Assembly: GCA_905233585.1 (NCBI GenBank) | Contig: CAJOFD010000010.1 | Location: forward strand, 3,252-67,251 | Length of the DNA: 64,000 bases | Source of the DNA: an uncultured Bacteroidales bacterium | GTDB lineage: Bacteria; Bacteroidota; Bacteroidia; Bacteroidales; WCHB1-69 | Direction of reading: 5' to 3' | Shown here: positions 18,183 through 26,635 of the stretch, one piece after another | How the letters are laid out: every line of letters begins with the position of its first letter | How positions within the stretch are numbered: position 1 is the stretch's first letter | The notes under the pieces: generated by a model | The model's database searches: none | Seen by the model: only the letters and a program-made list of their open reading frames with translations | Told to the model about the DNA's origin: nothing | Program-made: the position numbers and the translations under genes

Positions 18183-19376
18183 TTACCATGTTAATTGATT
18201 GTAGTATTTCCAGAAATCGGGATAAGATTTTTTTACACACTGTTTATCATCAAATTCTATGTGCGGAATTTGGTGCTTTAACATAGCCAAAGCCATAACA
18301 ATACGATGATCGGAATAAGAATGGAAAAAATGTTGATGGGGAAATGTTTTAGTATGGGGTTTTATAGTTAAATAGTCATTTTTCCAAGTCAAAGTGGCAA
18401 AAGGTGCCAATTCTTTTTGTAGTACCTCAATACGATTACTTTCTTTAAATTGCAGATTTTTTGTATTAAAAAGACGTGCTTGGGTTTGTTCTCCAACGCA
18501 TAAGGTAACCAATACGGGAACCCAATCGGGGTTGTTTATGCAATCTATTTCTATATTTTGTGGTATCGATTTTGTCTTTTCTATCAAAACCCCTTGATTG
18601 TTGAAGGTAGTGGTAACGCCTAAGTCTTTCATAACCGGAACCATTTGAGCATCTGGTTGTATGTCTGATTTTGTTAGTTTGTTAATAAACAAAGGTTTAT
18701 TAGTTAAGGCTACGTATAAATACCAAAATGCCGCCGAAGACCAATCTGCTTCAACATTAATGTGTGTTTGTATTAATTTGTTGCTGTGTTGGTAGTGAAT
18801 TGCTCCATCGTGATATTGAATGTTTAGTCCAATGTGGGACATAAGTTTTAGACTAAGATTGATGTATTGAAAAGATGGAATGCGTTTGTCAAAAACGATA
18901 CGGGCATTGCAAGCATTAAAAGGCAAGCAAAGCATAAGAGCACTGACAAATTGGCTGCTCATGGCGGAATCAATAGTAAATGAATTTGTGTGCCATTGTT
19001 TTCCGATAATTTTCAATGGAGCAAAACCAATTTTTTCCATATAGTAGATTTCTCCGCCGGCATTGTTGATAGCCTCTACTAAAGGTGCAATGGGACGTTG
19101 TCGCAAGCGTGGAGAACCATCAAGAATCCATTCTCCCGTTCTAAAGGAGAGATAAGCACATAAAAAACGGAATGCTGTTCCACAATTATCTACGAAAACG
19201 AAAGGAGAAGAGGTCGGTTGTGATATTTGTAACAAACACTTTTGTAACAATATGCTATCGGCAGAGACGGATATATTGTTAATTTTTATATGATAATTTT
19301 TGTATTGTTGTAGAATCAGCAAACGATTGGTAATGCTTTTTGACGATGGAATGTCTATCTTGGTAACCGGAACCAT
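18183..19376 (-). CDS. aroA: 3-phosphoshikimate 1-carboxyvinyltransferase (EPSP synthase)
   Basis: 397 aa. N-terminal IPSSKSITNRLLIL motif, internal repeated beta-alpha-beta units, C-terminal KKSYPDFW. Confidence 0.85.
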   Translation of the reverse strand: MVPVTKIDIPSSKSITNRLLILQQYKNYHIKINNISVSADSILLQKCLLQISQPTSSPFVFVDNCGTAFRFLCAYLSFRTGEWILDGSPRLRQRPIAPLVEAINNAGGEIYYMEKIGFAPLKIIGKQWHTNSFTIDSAMSSQFVSALMLCLPFNACNARIVFDKRIPSFQYINLSLKLMSHIGLNIQYHDGAIHYQHSNKLIQTHINVEADWSSAAFWYLYVALTNKPLFINKLTKSDIQPDAQMVPVMKDLGVTTTFNNQGVLIEKTKSIPQNIEIDCINNPDWVPVLVTLCVGEQTQARLFNTKNLQFKESNRIEVLQKELAPFATLTWKNDYLTIKPHTKTFPHQHFFHSYSDHRIVMALAMLKHQIPHIEFDDKQCVKKSYPDFWKYYNQLTW

Positions 19377-19395
19377 AGTTATTATTTTAGATTTG

Positions 19396-19403
19396 CAAAA
19401 ATA
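19396..19403 (-). promoter_or_regulatory. -7 box TATTTTTG for aroA
   Basis: Reverse complement of caaaaata, 20 nt upstream of the ATG at 19376. Confidence 0.4.
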
Positions 19404-19425
19404 GCATTTTGTTCAATAAAAATTA

Positions 19426-19433
19426 TACCTTTG
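19426..19433 (+). promoter_or_regulatory. -7 box TACCTTTG for the nuclease / DUF4271 / hemD / rnpA unit
   Basis: Exact match 27 nt before the ATG at 19460. Confidence 0.5.
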
Positions 19434-19459
19434 CAAACAAACTTTTAAAAAAGGATTAG

Positions 19460-20110
19460 ATGAAAAAAATACCGGTTAACATACATTCTATTGCAGAAGG
19501 GATGACAGGCTCTGCTTATGTATTGACTTTGGTGACTCAAGACAACAACAAGGCTTTTCTTGTTGCGGTGGCAGAACAAAATGCAGATGCTTTTAAGAAA
19601 GTGTATCTAGACCAAACATCTAATTGCCCTCAAACACATGATTTGATGTTGGATATACTCCAACGACTTGATGTAGAGCTGCAAGAAGTATATCTCCGAG
19701 ATGTGCGAAATGGTATTTTCTATACTACTATTTATTGTATGCAAAATGAGCAAGAACTTGAATTTGATGCGAGTGCGGTTGATGCTCTGCTTTTGGCAAT
19801 CAGAACAAACGCTCCTATTTTTGTGGAAGAAAAAATTATTCAAAAAATAGGGTTCCCGACCAAAGAATTAGAAAAACTGTTGTATTCAGAAGAAGATGAA
19901 TATACTTCTAATAATGGATACTTTGAAGATATTGTTTCGGATTTAGATTTTGATACTCCTCAGTTTCCTTCAATAGAAAAGTTGTTGAAGTATGAGTCTA
20001 TAGCTCAACTAGAGGAATTGTTGGAACGGGCTGTAGCGGAAGAAAAGTTTGAATTGGCATCCACAATTAGAGATGTTATCAATGCGAGAAACAATAAATC
20101 CCGTCATTAA
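19460..20110 (+). CDS. Bifunctional nuclease family protein (DUF151-type) with C-terminal UVR motif
   Basis: N-domain pattern ...GSAYVLTL...FLVAV... followed by an acidic linker. C-terminal UVR-like EEKFELASTIRDVINAR. Confidence 0.7.
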   Translation: MKKIPVNIHSIAEGMTGSAYVLTLVTQDNNKAFLVAVAEQNADAFKKVYLDQTSNCPQTHDLMLDILQRLDVELQEVYLRDVRNGIFYTTIYCMQNEQELEFDASAVDALLLAIRTNAPIFVEEKIIQKIGFPTKELEKLLYSEEDEYTSNNGYFEDIVSDLDFDTPQFPSIEKLLKYESIAQLEELLERAVAEEKFELASTIRDVINARNNKSRH

Positions 20111-20139
20111 TATGAGGCAAATTCAGTTTAGTTTTTGAT

Positions 20140-20967
20140 ATGATGCCAGATAGTTTATTTACTTTTACACAGATACCTTTCAGGGATACTTTGTCTGTAC
20201 ATGTTGCCAATCATAGTTTTGTTGACAATATGTTGTATGATTTTTATCAAAAACCAGATTCATTGTCTACCTTGCAGAAAACATCTGTTGATAGTTTTTC
20301 GTTTTTTTCGCAGGGCATACATCATATAAATGTACTTCCCAAACAAGATGTACCTTTTGAATGGTTTTTTGTTTTTACTTGTTTGGTGGTATTGTGTATT
20401 GCTATTTTAAAACTTTTTTTAGGTTCAAAGAGTTTTATTAGAATGGATTATTTTATTAAAAGGAAAAATAGTTTTACCGGTTTTGGCTTGGTTTTATTTT
20501 GGTTTTTGGTATATGTGTGCATACTTGTTGTGGCAGTTTTGTTTGTTTGTTACAGTGTGCAGTTTAAGTTTGTTATTCCGTTTTCATTTAAGATTTATGC
20601 ACAAATATTTCTTTTGACAATACTTTATTTTTTTATGCATGTTATTGCTATTGATGTGTCAGGCTTGTTATTTGCATTATATTCGGAAATCGGTCAGTAC
20701 AAAGATTTGAATAATTATTTTAGATTTCTGACATCTATATTTATTTTACCGTTTTTGTTTGTGGGCTATTGCTATCCTTCTATTTATTGGTTAATACCTA
20801 TTCTTTTGATAATGATAGGTTTATATCTTTTGAAGTTAGTGCAAGCATGGACGATTTTTAGAAAAAAGGTAGCATGGCATGAATTTTTTTTGTATCTTTG
20901 CAGCATTGAAATTTTACCATTGGCAGTCTTGGTAAAATTTTTGATAAGCAGATTTTTAGTTAAGTAA
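20140..20967 (+). CDS. DUF4271-type multi-pass membrane protein
   Basis: About 6 hydrophobic helices. Its position directly upstream of hemD is the usual Bacteroidota arrangement. Confidence 0.6.
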   Translation: MMPDSLFTFTQIPFRDTLSVHVANHSFVDNMLYDFYQKPDSLSTLQKTSVDSFSFFSQGIHHINVLPKQDVPFEWFFVFTCLVVLCIAILKLFLGSKSFIRMDYFIKRKNSFTGFGLVLFWFLVYVCILVVAVLFVCYSVQFKFVIPFSFKIYAQIFLLTILYFFMHVIAIDVSGLLFALYSEIGQYKDLNNYFRFLTSIFILPFLFVGYCYPSIYWLIPILLIMIGLYLLKLVQAWTIFRKKVAWHEFFLYLCSIEILPLAVLVKFLISRFLVK

Positions 20968-21000
20968 AAAGTTGTAAAAATATAAGGAGAAAAAATAATT

Positions 21001-21768
21001 GTGAAGATTAAAAAAATTCTATTTTCACAAAATGCCCCGGCAAATTTAGAAAAGACTCCGTATGCTGATTTGATGAAAAAATACGGGGTGAAAATTGATT
21101 TTTATAAATTTTTTCAAGTAGAAGGATTGCCTTTGAAAGAATTTCAAAAATCAAAGGTAAATATTTTGGATTATTCTGCCATTATTATTACCAATAAAAA
21201 TGCGGTTGATCATTTTTTTAGAATAGTAGAAGAAAGCAAAATAAAGTTGCCGATTACTTTAAAATTTTTCTGTTCCAATCCTGCTACTGCCAATTATCTT
21301 CAAAAATATACGGTTTATCGCAAGCGTAAGATATTTTTTGCCGAAGATGGTACTGTACAAGCCTTGGTTAAAGAAGTTGCCAAATATGCGGAAACGGATA
21401 ATTTTTTAGTGCCTTGTCCTACGGATTCAAGTTTGAATGAATTGTTGAAGTTGATTGATTCAATTCCTAATATCAATTATACTAAAGCCGAGATGTTCAA
21501 AATAGTATTTCCTGATATGTCTCAGTCTGTTCATATTAATGATTATGACATGATTGTTTTGTTCAGTCCGTATGGAGTACAATCGTTGTTTCAAAGTTTT
21601 CCTGCCTATCAGCAAGATAATACTATTTTTGCGGTTTCAGGTTTGAAAGTTTTAACAGCAGCCCAAGAGGGTGGGCTTAATGTGGAAATATGGGCACCGC
21701 AACCGGAAACTCCTTCTATATTTATGGCATTGGAAAAATTTTTGCAAAATACCAATCGTAAACGTTGA
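21001..21768 (+). CDS. hemD: Uroporphyrinogen-III synthase (HemD-like)
   Basis: GTG start, 255 aa. Resembles Bacteroidota HemD-family proteins (KILFSQ...TPYADL..KYGVKIDFYKFFQVE). Confidence 0.65.
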   Translation: MKIKKILFSQNAPANLEKTPYADLMKKYGVKIDFYKFFQVEGLPLKEFQKSKVNILDYSAIIITNKNAVDHFFRIVEESKIKLPITLKFFCSNPATANYLQKYTVYRKRKIFFAEDGTVQALVKEVAKYAETDNFLVPCPTDSSLNELLKLIDSIPNINYTKAEMFKIVFPDMSQSVHINDYDMIVLFSPYGVQSLFQSFPAYQQDNTIFAVSGLKVLTAAQEGGLNVEIWAPQPETPSIFMALEKFLQNTNRKR

Positions 21769-21772
21769 TAAA

Positions 21773-22159
21773 ATGGCAAACGACCAAACGTTTCCAAAAT
21801 CACAAAAACTTTGTAGCCGCTCGGATATTCAATATTTATTGACTAATGGGCAAACCTTGTTTGTATATCCGTTGATATGCAAATATGTAAAGGTAAAAAA
21901 ACAAGATGTTGATATTCAAGTTGCCATAGTTGTAAGCAAAAGGAAATTCAAGCATGCTGTTGATAGAAATAGAGAGAAACGTTTGATTAGGGAAACCTAT
22001 CGTAAAAATAAACAACCCTTATTTGATTACATACAAAACAAAGAATTTTCCTTACATGCAATATTTATCTATGCTGACAAGCGACATTTGCCGTATCAAA
22101 TTCATGATAAGAGAATTAAAGAATTGATAAACAGGTTGATAAAAGAAATAGGGGAGTAA
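21773..22159 (+). CDS. rnpA: Ribonuclease P protein component
   Basis: The track start at 21671 overlaps hemD. I use the ATG at 21773 (MANDQTFPKSQKL...). Motif VSKRKFKHAVDRNREKRLIRETYR. Confidence 0.85.
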   Translation: MANDQTFPKSQKLCSRSDIQYLLTNGQTLFVYPLICKYVKVKKQDVDIQVAIVVSKRKFKHAVDRNREKRLIRETYRKNKQPLFDYIQNKEFSLHAIFIYADKRHLPYQIHDKRIKELINRLIKEIGE

Positions 22160-22206
22160 ATAGAAAAAAAATCAGGCAAGAGTTAAAGAAATTCAATAAT
22201 TTCTGC

Positions 22207-22214
22207 TATATTTG
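22207..22214 (+). promoter_or_regulatory. -7 box TATATTTG upstream of secDF
   Basis: TAnnTTTG match 59 nt before the ATG at 22273. Confidence 0.4.
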
Positions 22215-22272
22215 CATTTCTGATAAAAAAGAGTATAATATATATAAAGTGTTAATTATTAAATAGAAAACA

Positions 22273-25200
22273 ATGCGAAACAAAGGATTTATCTTATTTT
22301 TTGCTGTAACTTTTGCATTAGTGTGCATTTATTCACTATCATTTACCTATTGCACAAGTCAGGTTGAAAAAAAAGCAAAAGAGTATGCTCAGAATGACCC
22401 GAGCAAAGAACTTTTAAGAGAACAAGCGGCAGGCAATACCTTTGCCGAAAGTTATTTGTTGGATTCTTCTTTCAAAGCCAGAGAAAACGAATATCTTGCC
22501 AAAATGGCCGACTCTGTTATTTACAACATTGGTATTTCAAAAAAGACCTATAAAGAATGTAAAGAATTAGAGGTCAATTTAGGTCTTGATTTGAAAGGTG
22601 GTATGAACGTTATGTTAGAAGTTTCCGTTCCAGACATTATTAGAACTTTGGCTGGAAATGGTGCCAAGGACTCCTTGTTTGTTAAAGCCATGAATCTGGC
22701 GGAAACCAAACAAAGAACCTCTCAAACGGATTTTGTTACTTTGTTTGACCAATCTTTCAAAGAAGTGGCTCCTGCTAACGCTAAATTATCCACTATTTTC
22801 AGAAAATTGAGTGTAAATACAACCAATCCTTCCAACGAAGATGTTATTAAAGCAATACGTGAAGAAACTGATGCAGCATTAGAAAATACATTTATGGTAT
22901 TGCGTACCCGTATAGATCGTTTTGGTGTGGCTCAACCCAACATTCAACGTATGGCTCAAACGGGCAGAATTATGATAGAATTGCCCGGTGTGAAAGAACC
23001 AGAACGTGTGCGTCGTTTGTTGCAAGGTACTGCAAATTTGGAATTTTGGAAAACTTATGATATTTCTGAAATCGCTCATTTGTACAACGAAATTGATGAA
23101 AGAGTAAAAGCGTATAATTCTGCAACAGAAATTGTTGATACTACGGTATTGGCAGAAGATAATACAGAAGTAGAACCCGAAAATGCCGCAACAGAAACCC
23201 TTGCAGAAAATGTGGAAAATACGGAAGATTCATTAGGTTTGCCTCAGGTGGAAGAATCTGAACTTGTTGCAGGGGAACCTTCAAGTATGACAAAAGAAGA
23301 AGTGCTTGCCAAATATCCCTTTACAGCAAGATTGAATCCGACAAATGTACAACCTGATGAAAACGGAAAATATGGTCCTTTATTTGGTATGGCTTTTGAA
23401 AGCGATACTGCTGAAATAAACAGAATGCTTAATTTAGATGTGGTAAAAAGTATTTTACCACAAGATTTAAGATTATGTTGGCATGCCAAAACCGGCAAAG
23501 ACAAATCTTCGGTTCATCAATTAATAGCCTTGAAAGCCGTTGGGGAATCAGGTGCAATATTAGATGGTAAAGTTGTTACCGATGCAAAACAAGACTTTAA
23601 TGAGCAATCGGGTAATGAGATTTCCATGTCTATGAACCAAGAAGGTGCGAAAAAATGGAAAAAAATTACAGAAGAAAATATTGGCAGTTGCATTGCCATT
23701 GTTTTGGACAATTTAGTATATTCTTATCCAAGAGTCAATTCAGTTATTCCTAATGGACGTTCTTCTATCTCTGGAGGTTTTACTTTGGAAGAAGCTAAAG
23801 ACTTGGCCAATTTGTTAAAAGCAGGAAAATTGTCTGCGCCAGCGGTTATCGTTTCCGAAGAAATAGTCGGACCTACTTTGGGTAAAGAATCCATCGATTC
23901 TTCACTTATTTCATTCTTAATAGCATTCTCGTTGGTATTGCTTTATATGATATTCTTCTACAACAAAGCTGGTATTGTATCAAGCATCGCTTTGTTGGTG
24001 AATGTGTTGTTTATTTTTGGAACATTAGCATCATTGGGAGCCGTATTAACTTTGCCAGGTATTGCTGGTCTTGTGCTTACTTTAGGTATGGCGGTTGATG
24101 CGAATGTAATTATATATGAACGTATCAAAGAAGAGTTGAGGGCAGGCAAGTCTGTTCGTATGGCAATAACTGATGGTTACAAGGCAGCATATTCCGCCAT
24201 ATTGGACGGAAACATTACTACTATTATTACAGGTATTGTTCTTTATGTTTTCGGTTCGGGTCCTGTACAAGGTTTTGCTACCACTTTGGTAATCGGTATT
24301 CTTACTTCATTATTTACCGCAATATTTATCTCTCGTTTGATATTCAATTGGATGTTAGATAAAAATTGGAATATCAATTTTGCAAATAAAATTACCGAAA
24401 ATGCCTTTACCAATTTGCATTTTAATTTTATTGGGAAAAGACAAATATTCTATATTATATCCAGTGTTATTATATTAGTAGGCATAGGCTCTTTGATAAT
24501 TAGAGGTTTGGATTTCGGTATTGATTTTGCAGGTGGACGCAGTTATACCGTTCGTTTTGACAAACCTGTTAAAACAATAGAACTTCGTGAGTCGCTTGCT
24601 GCAGAATTTGATGGAATTGCACCGGAAGTAAAGACCTTTGGGTCAGATAATCAGGTGATTATTACTACCAAATGGAGAGTTAATGAAGATAATACCGAAG
24701 TGGATTCTTTGGCAGAATGTCATTTGTATAATGGCTTAAAAGGATACTTTAATGCGAATGTAACAAAAGAAGATTTTAGTGTACAGAACCAAAGTGTGGG
24801 TTTGATTAGTTCGCAAAAAGTAGGTGCAACGGTTTCAAGAGATATTCTCAGAGGAGCAATTTGGGCTATATTGTTCTCTTTGATAGTTATTTTTGCCTAC
24901 ATTGCGTTACGTTTCCGCAAATGGCAATTCGGTTTGGGTGGTATAGTATCCTTAATTCATGACTCGTTGCTTGTTATCGGAGTATTCTCCTTATTTTATG
25001 GTATATTGCCGTTCTCAATGGAAATTGACCAATCATTCATTGCTGCCATATTGACAATTATTGGTTATTCAATCAATGATAATGTGGTTATTTTTGACAG
25101 ATTGAGAGAATATAGGACATTGTATCCCAAACGTAATCTCATGGAAAATATGAATGCCGCTTTGAATTCCACTTTAGGCAGAACTATCAATACATCAGGA

Positions 25201-25401
25201 ACAACATTTGTTGTATTGTTAGCTATCTTCTTGTTGGGTGGAGAGGTAATACGCGGATTTGTTTTCGCTTTGTTGATAGGTATTATAGTCGGTACATATT
25301 CTTCAATATTTGTTGCTACTCCAATTGTTTATGACTGCTCAAAAAAAGAAATGGCAAAATTGGAAAACAATGAAAACAAAGCAAAGAAAGGTAAAAAATA
25401 A
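22273..25401 (+). CDS. secDF: Protein translocase subunit SecDF (fused)
   Basis: 1042 aa. SecD motif LGLDLKGGMNVMLEV, a large periplasmic domain, and two 6-TM blocks with GMAVDANVIIYERIKEE and INDNVVIFDRLRE. Confidence 0.93.
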   Translation: MRNKGFILFFAVTFALVCIYSLSFTYCTSQVEKKAKEYAQNDPSKELLREQAAGNTFAESYLLDSSFKARENEYLAKMADSVIYNIGISKKTYKECKELEVNLGLDLKGGMNVMLEVSVPDIIRTLAGNGAKDSLFVKAMNLAETKQRTSQTDFVTLFDQSFKEVAPANAKLSTIFRKLSVNTTNPSNEDVIKAIREETDAALENTFMVLRTRIDRFGVAQPNIQRMAQTGRIMIELPGVKEPERVRRLLQGTANLEFWKTYDISEIAHLYNEIDERVKAYNSATEIVDTTVLAEDNTEVEPENAATETLAENVENTEDSLGLPQVEESELVAGEPSSMTKEEVLAKYPFTARLNPTNVQPDENGKYGPLFGMAFESDTAEINRMLNLDVVKSILPQDLRLCWHAKTGKDKSSVHQLIALKAVGESGAILDGKVVTDAKQDFNEQSGNEISMSMNQEGAKKWKKITEENIGSCIAIVLDNLVYSYPRVNSVIPNGRSSISGGFTLEEAKDLANLLKAGKLSAPAVIVSEEIVGPTLGKESIDSSLISFLIAFSLVLLYMIFFYNKAGIVSSIALLVNVLFIFGTLASLGAVLTLPGIAGLVLTLGMAVDANVIIYERIKEELRAGKSVRMAITDGYKAAYSAILDGNITTIITGIVLYVFGSGPVQGFATTLVIGILTSLFTAIFISRLIFNWMLDKNWNINFANKITENAFTNLHFNFIGKRQIFYIISSVIILVGIGSLIIRGLDFGIDFAGGRSYTVRFDKPVKTIELRESLAAEFDGIAPEVKTFGSDNQVIITTKWRVNEDNTEVDSLAECHLYNGLKGYFNANVTKEDFSVQNQSVGLISSQKVGATVSRDILRGAIWAILFSLIVIFAYIALRFRKWQFGLGGIVSLIHDSLLVIGVFSLFYGILPFSMEIDQSFIAAILTIIGYSINDNVVIFDRLREYRTLYPKRNLMENMNAALNSTLGRTINTSGTTFVVLLAIFLLGGEVIRGFVFALLIGIIVGTYSSIFVATPIVYDCSKKEMAKLENNENKAKKGKK

Positions 25402-25427
25402 ATATTCTAAAATATAAGGTTTTGTTG

Positions 25428-25463
25428 AAAATACAGTCACTTTTGTGGCTGTATTTTATTTTT
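25428..25463 (+). terminator. Intrinsic terminator after secDF
   Basis: The sequence is ATACAGTCAC-tttt-GTGGCTGTAT (one G:U) followed by a T-rich run. Confidence 0.6.
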
Positions 25464-25516
25464 AACAGAAAAGCGATCAAAAATAGTTAACTGCGTAAAA
25501 TAAAATAGTAAATTTG

Positions 25517-25524
25517 TATTTTTG
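25517..25524 (+). promoter_or_regulatory. -7 box TATTTTTG upstream of tsaD (a second match, TAAATTTG, is at 25509-25516)
   Basis: TAnnTTTG match 27 nt before the ATG at 25551. Confidence 0.4.
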
Positions 25525-25550
25525 TTAGCATTTATAAAGAATCAACAATT

Positions 25551-26561
25551 ATGGGTGTTTATATTTTGGCCATAGAATCTTCATGTGATGACACATCGGC
25601 GGCAGTATTGAAAGATAATGTTTTGTTGTCTAATGTTATAGCCAATCAAGATGTGCATGCTCAATACGGTGGCGTTGTTCCTGAACTAGCCTCAAGAGCA
25701 CATCAGCAGAATATTATACCTGTTGTCAGCAAAGCACTTGCCGATGCAAAAATTTCACCCAAATATCTTTCTGCCATTGCTTTTACGCGAGGTCCAGGAT
25801 TGTTGGGTTCTTTGTTGGTAGGTGTTTCTTTTGCCAAAGCATTTGCGTATGCGTTGCAAATACCACTGGTGGAGGTGGATCACCTACAAGGGCATATTCT
25901 GTCTCATTTTATTTATAAAGATACGCCAAGTCCAAAGTTCCCGTTTCTTTGTTTGTGTGTTTCAGGCGGTCATACGCAAATTGTGAAAGTGAACGATTAT
26001 TTTGACATGGAAATCATTGGTACTACCATTGACGATGCCGCAGGCGAGGCTTTTGACAAGGTAGCAAAAATTCTTGATTTGCCATACCCCGGTGGACCTA
26101 TGGTGGACAAACTGGCAAAAGAAGGCAATCCGCGTGCTTTTTCATTCAGTCAGGCACATTTGCAAGGATATAATTATAGTTTTAGTGGGTTAAAAACCTC
26201 ATTCTTATATTTTCTTAGAGATAGGTTGAAAGAAGATGCTGATTTTGCACAAAAACATCTCAACGATTTGTGTGCCTCTATTCAATATGAAATTATCAAT
26301 TCGTTGATGAAAAAATTAGTTTTAGCGGCAAAAGATTTGAAAATAAAAGAAATAGCCATTGCCGGTGGTGTTTCTGCCAATAGTTGTTTGCAACAAACAC
26401 TCAAAGAAACTGGACAAAGATATGGTTGGACCGTTCATATTCCTTCATTGAAATTAAGTACTGATAATGCAGCTATGATTGGTATTGCTGGATATTACAA
26501 ATATCAAAAAGGGGAGTTTTGTCCTTTGGATGCCGTACCATATTCTCGTCAGACAAAGTAA
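25551..26561 (+). CDS. tsaD: tRNA N6-adenosine threonylcarbamoyltransferase TsaD
   Basis: ILAIESSCDDTSAAV, metal motif HLQGHILSHF, and GGVSAN. Confidence 0.92.
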   Translation: MGVYILAIESSCDDTSAAVLKDNVLLSNVIANQDVHAQYGGVVPELASRAHQQNIIPVVSKALADAKISPKYLSAIAFTRGPGLLGSLLVGVSFAKAFAYALQIPLVEVDHLQGHILSHFIYKDTPSPKFPFLCLCVSGGHTQIVKVNDYFDMEIIGTTIDDAAGEAFDKVAKILDLPYPGGPMVDKLAKEGNPRAFSFSQAHLQGYNYSFSGLKTSFLYFLRDRLKEDADFAQKHLNDLCASIQYEIINSLMKKLVLAAKDLKIKEIAIAGGVSANSCLQQTLKETGQRYGWTVHIPSLKLSTDNAAMIGIAGYYKYQKGEFCPLDAVPYSRQTK

Positions 26562-26635
26562 GATTAACATTCTCTTGTTAATTAGCGTCTTTTTATTATA
26601 TCAATCAATATATAGAAATTGTTTATTTTTGTCTT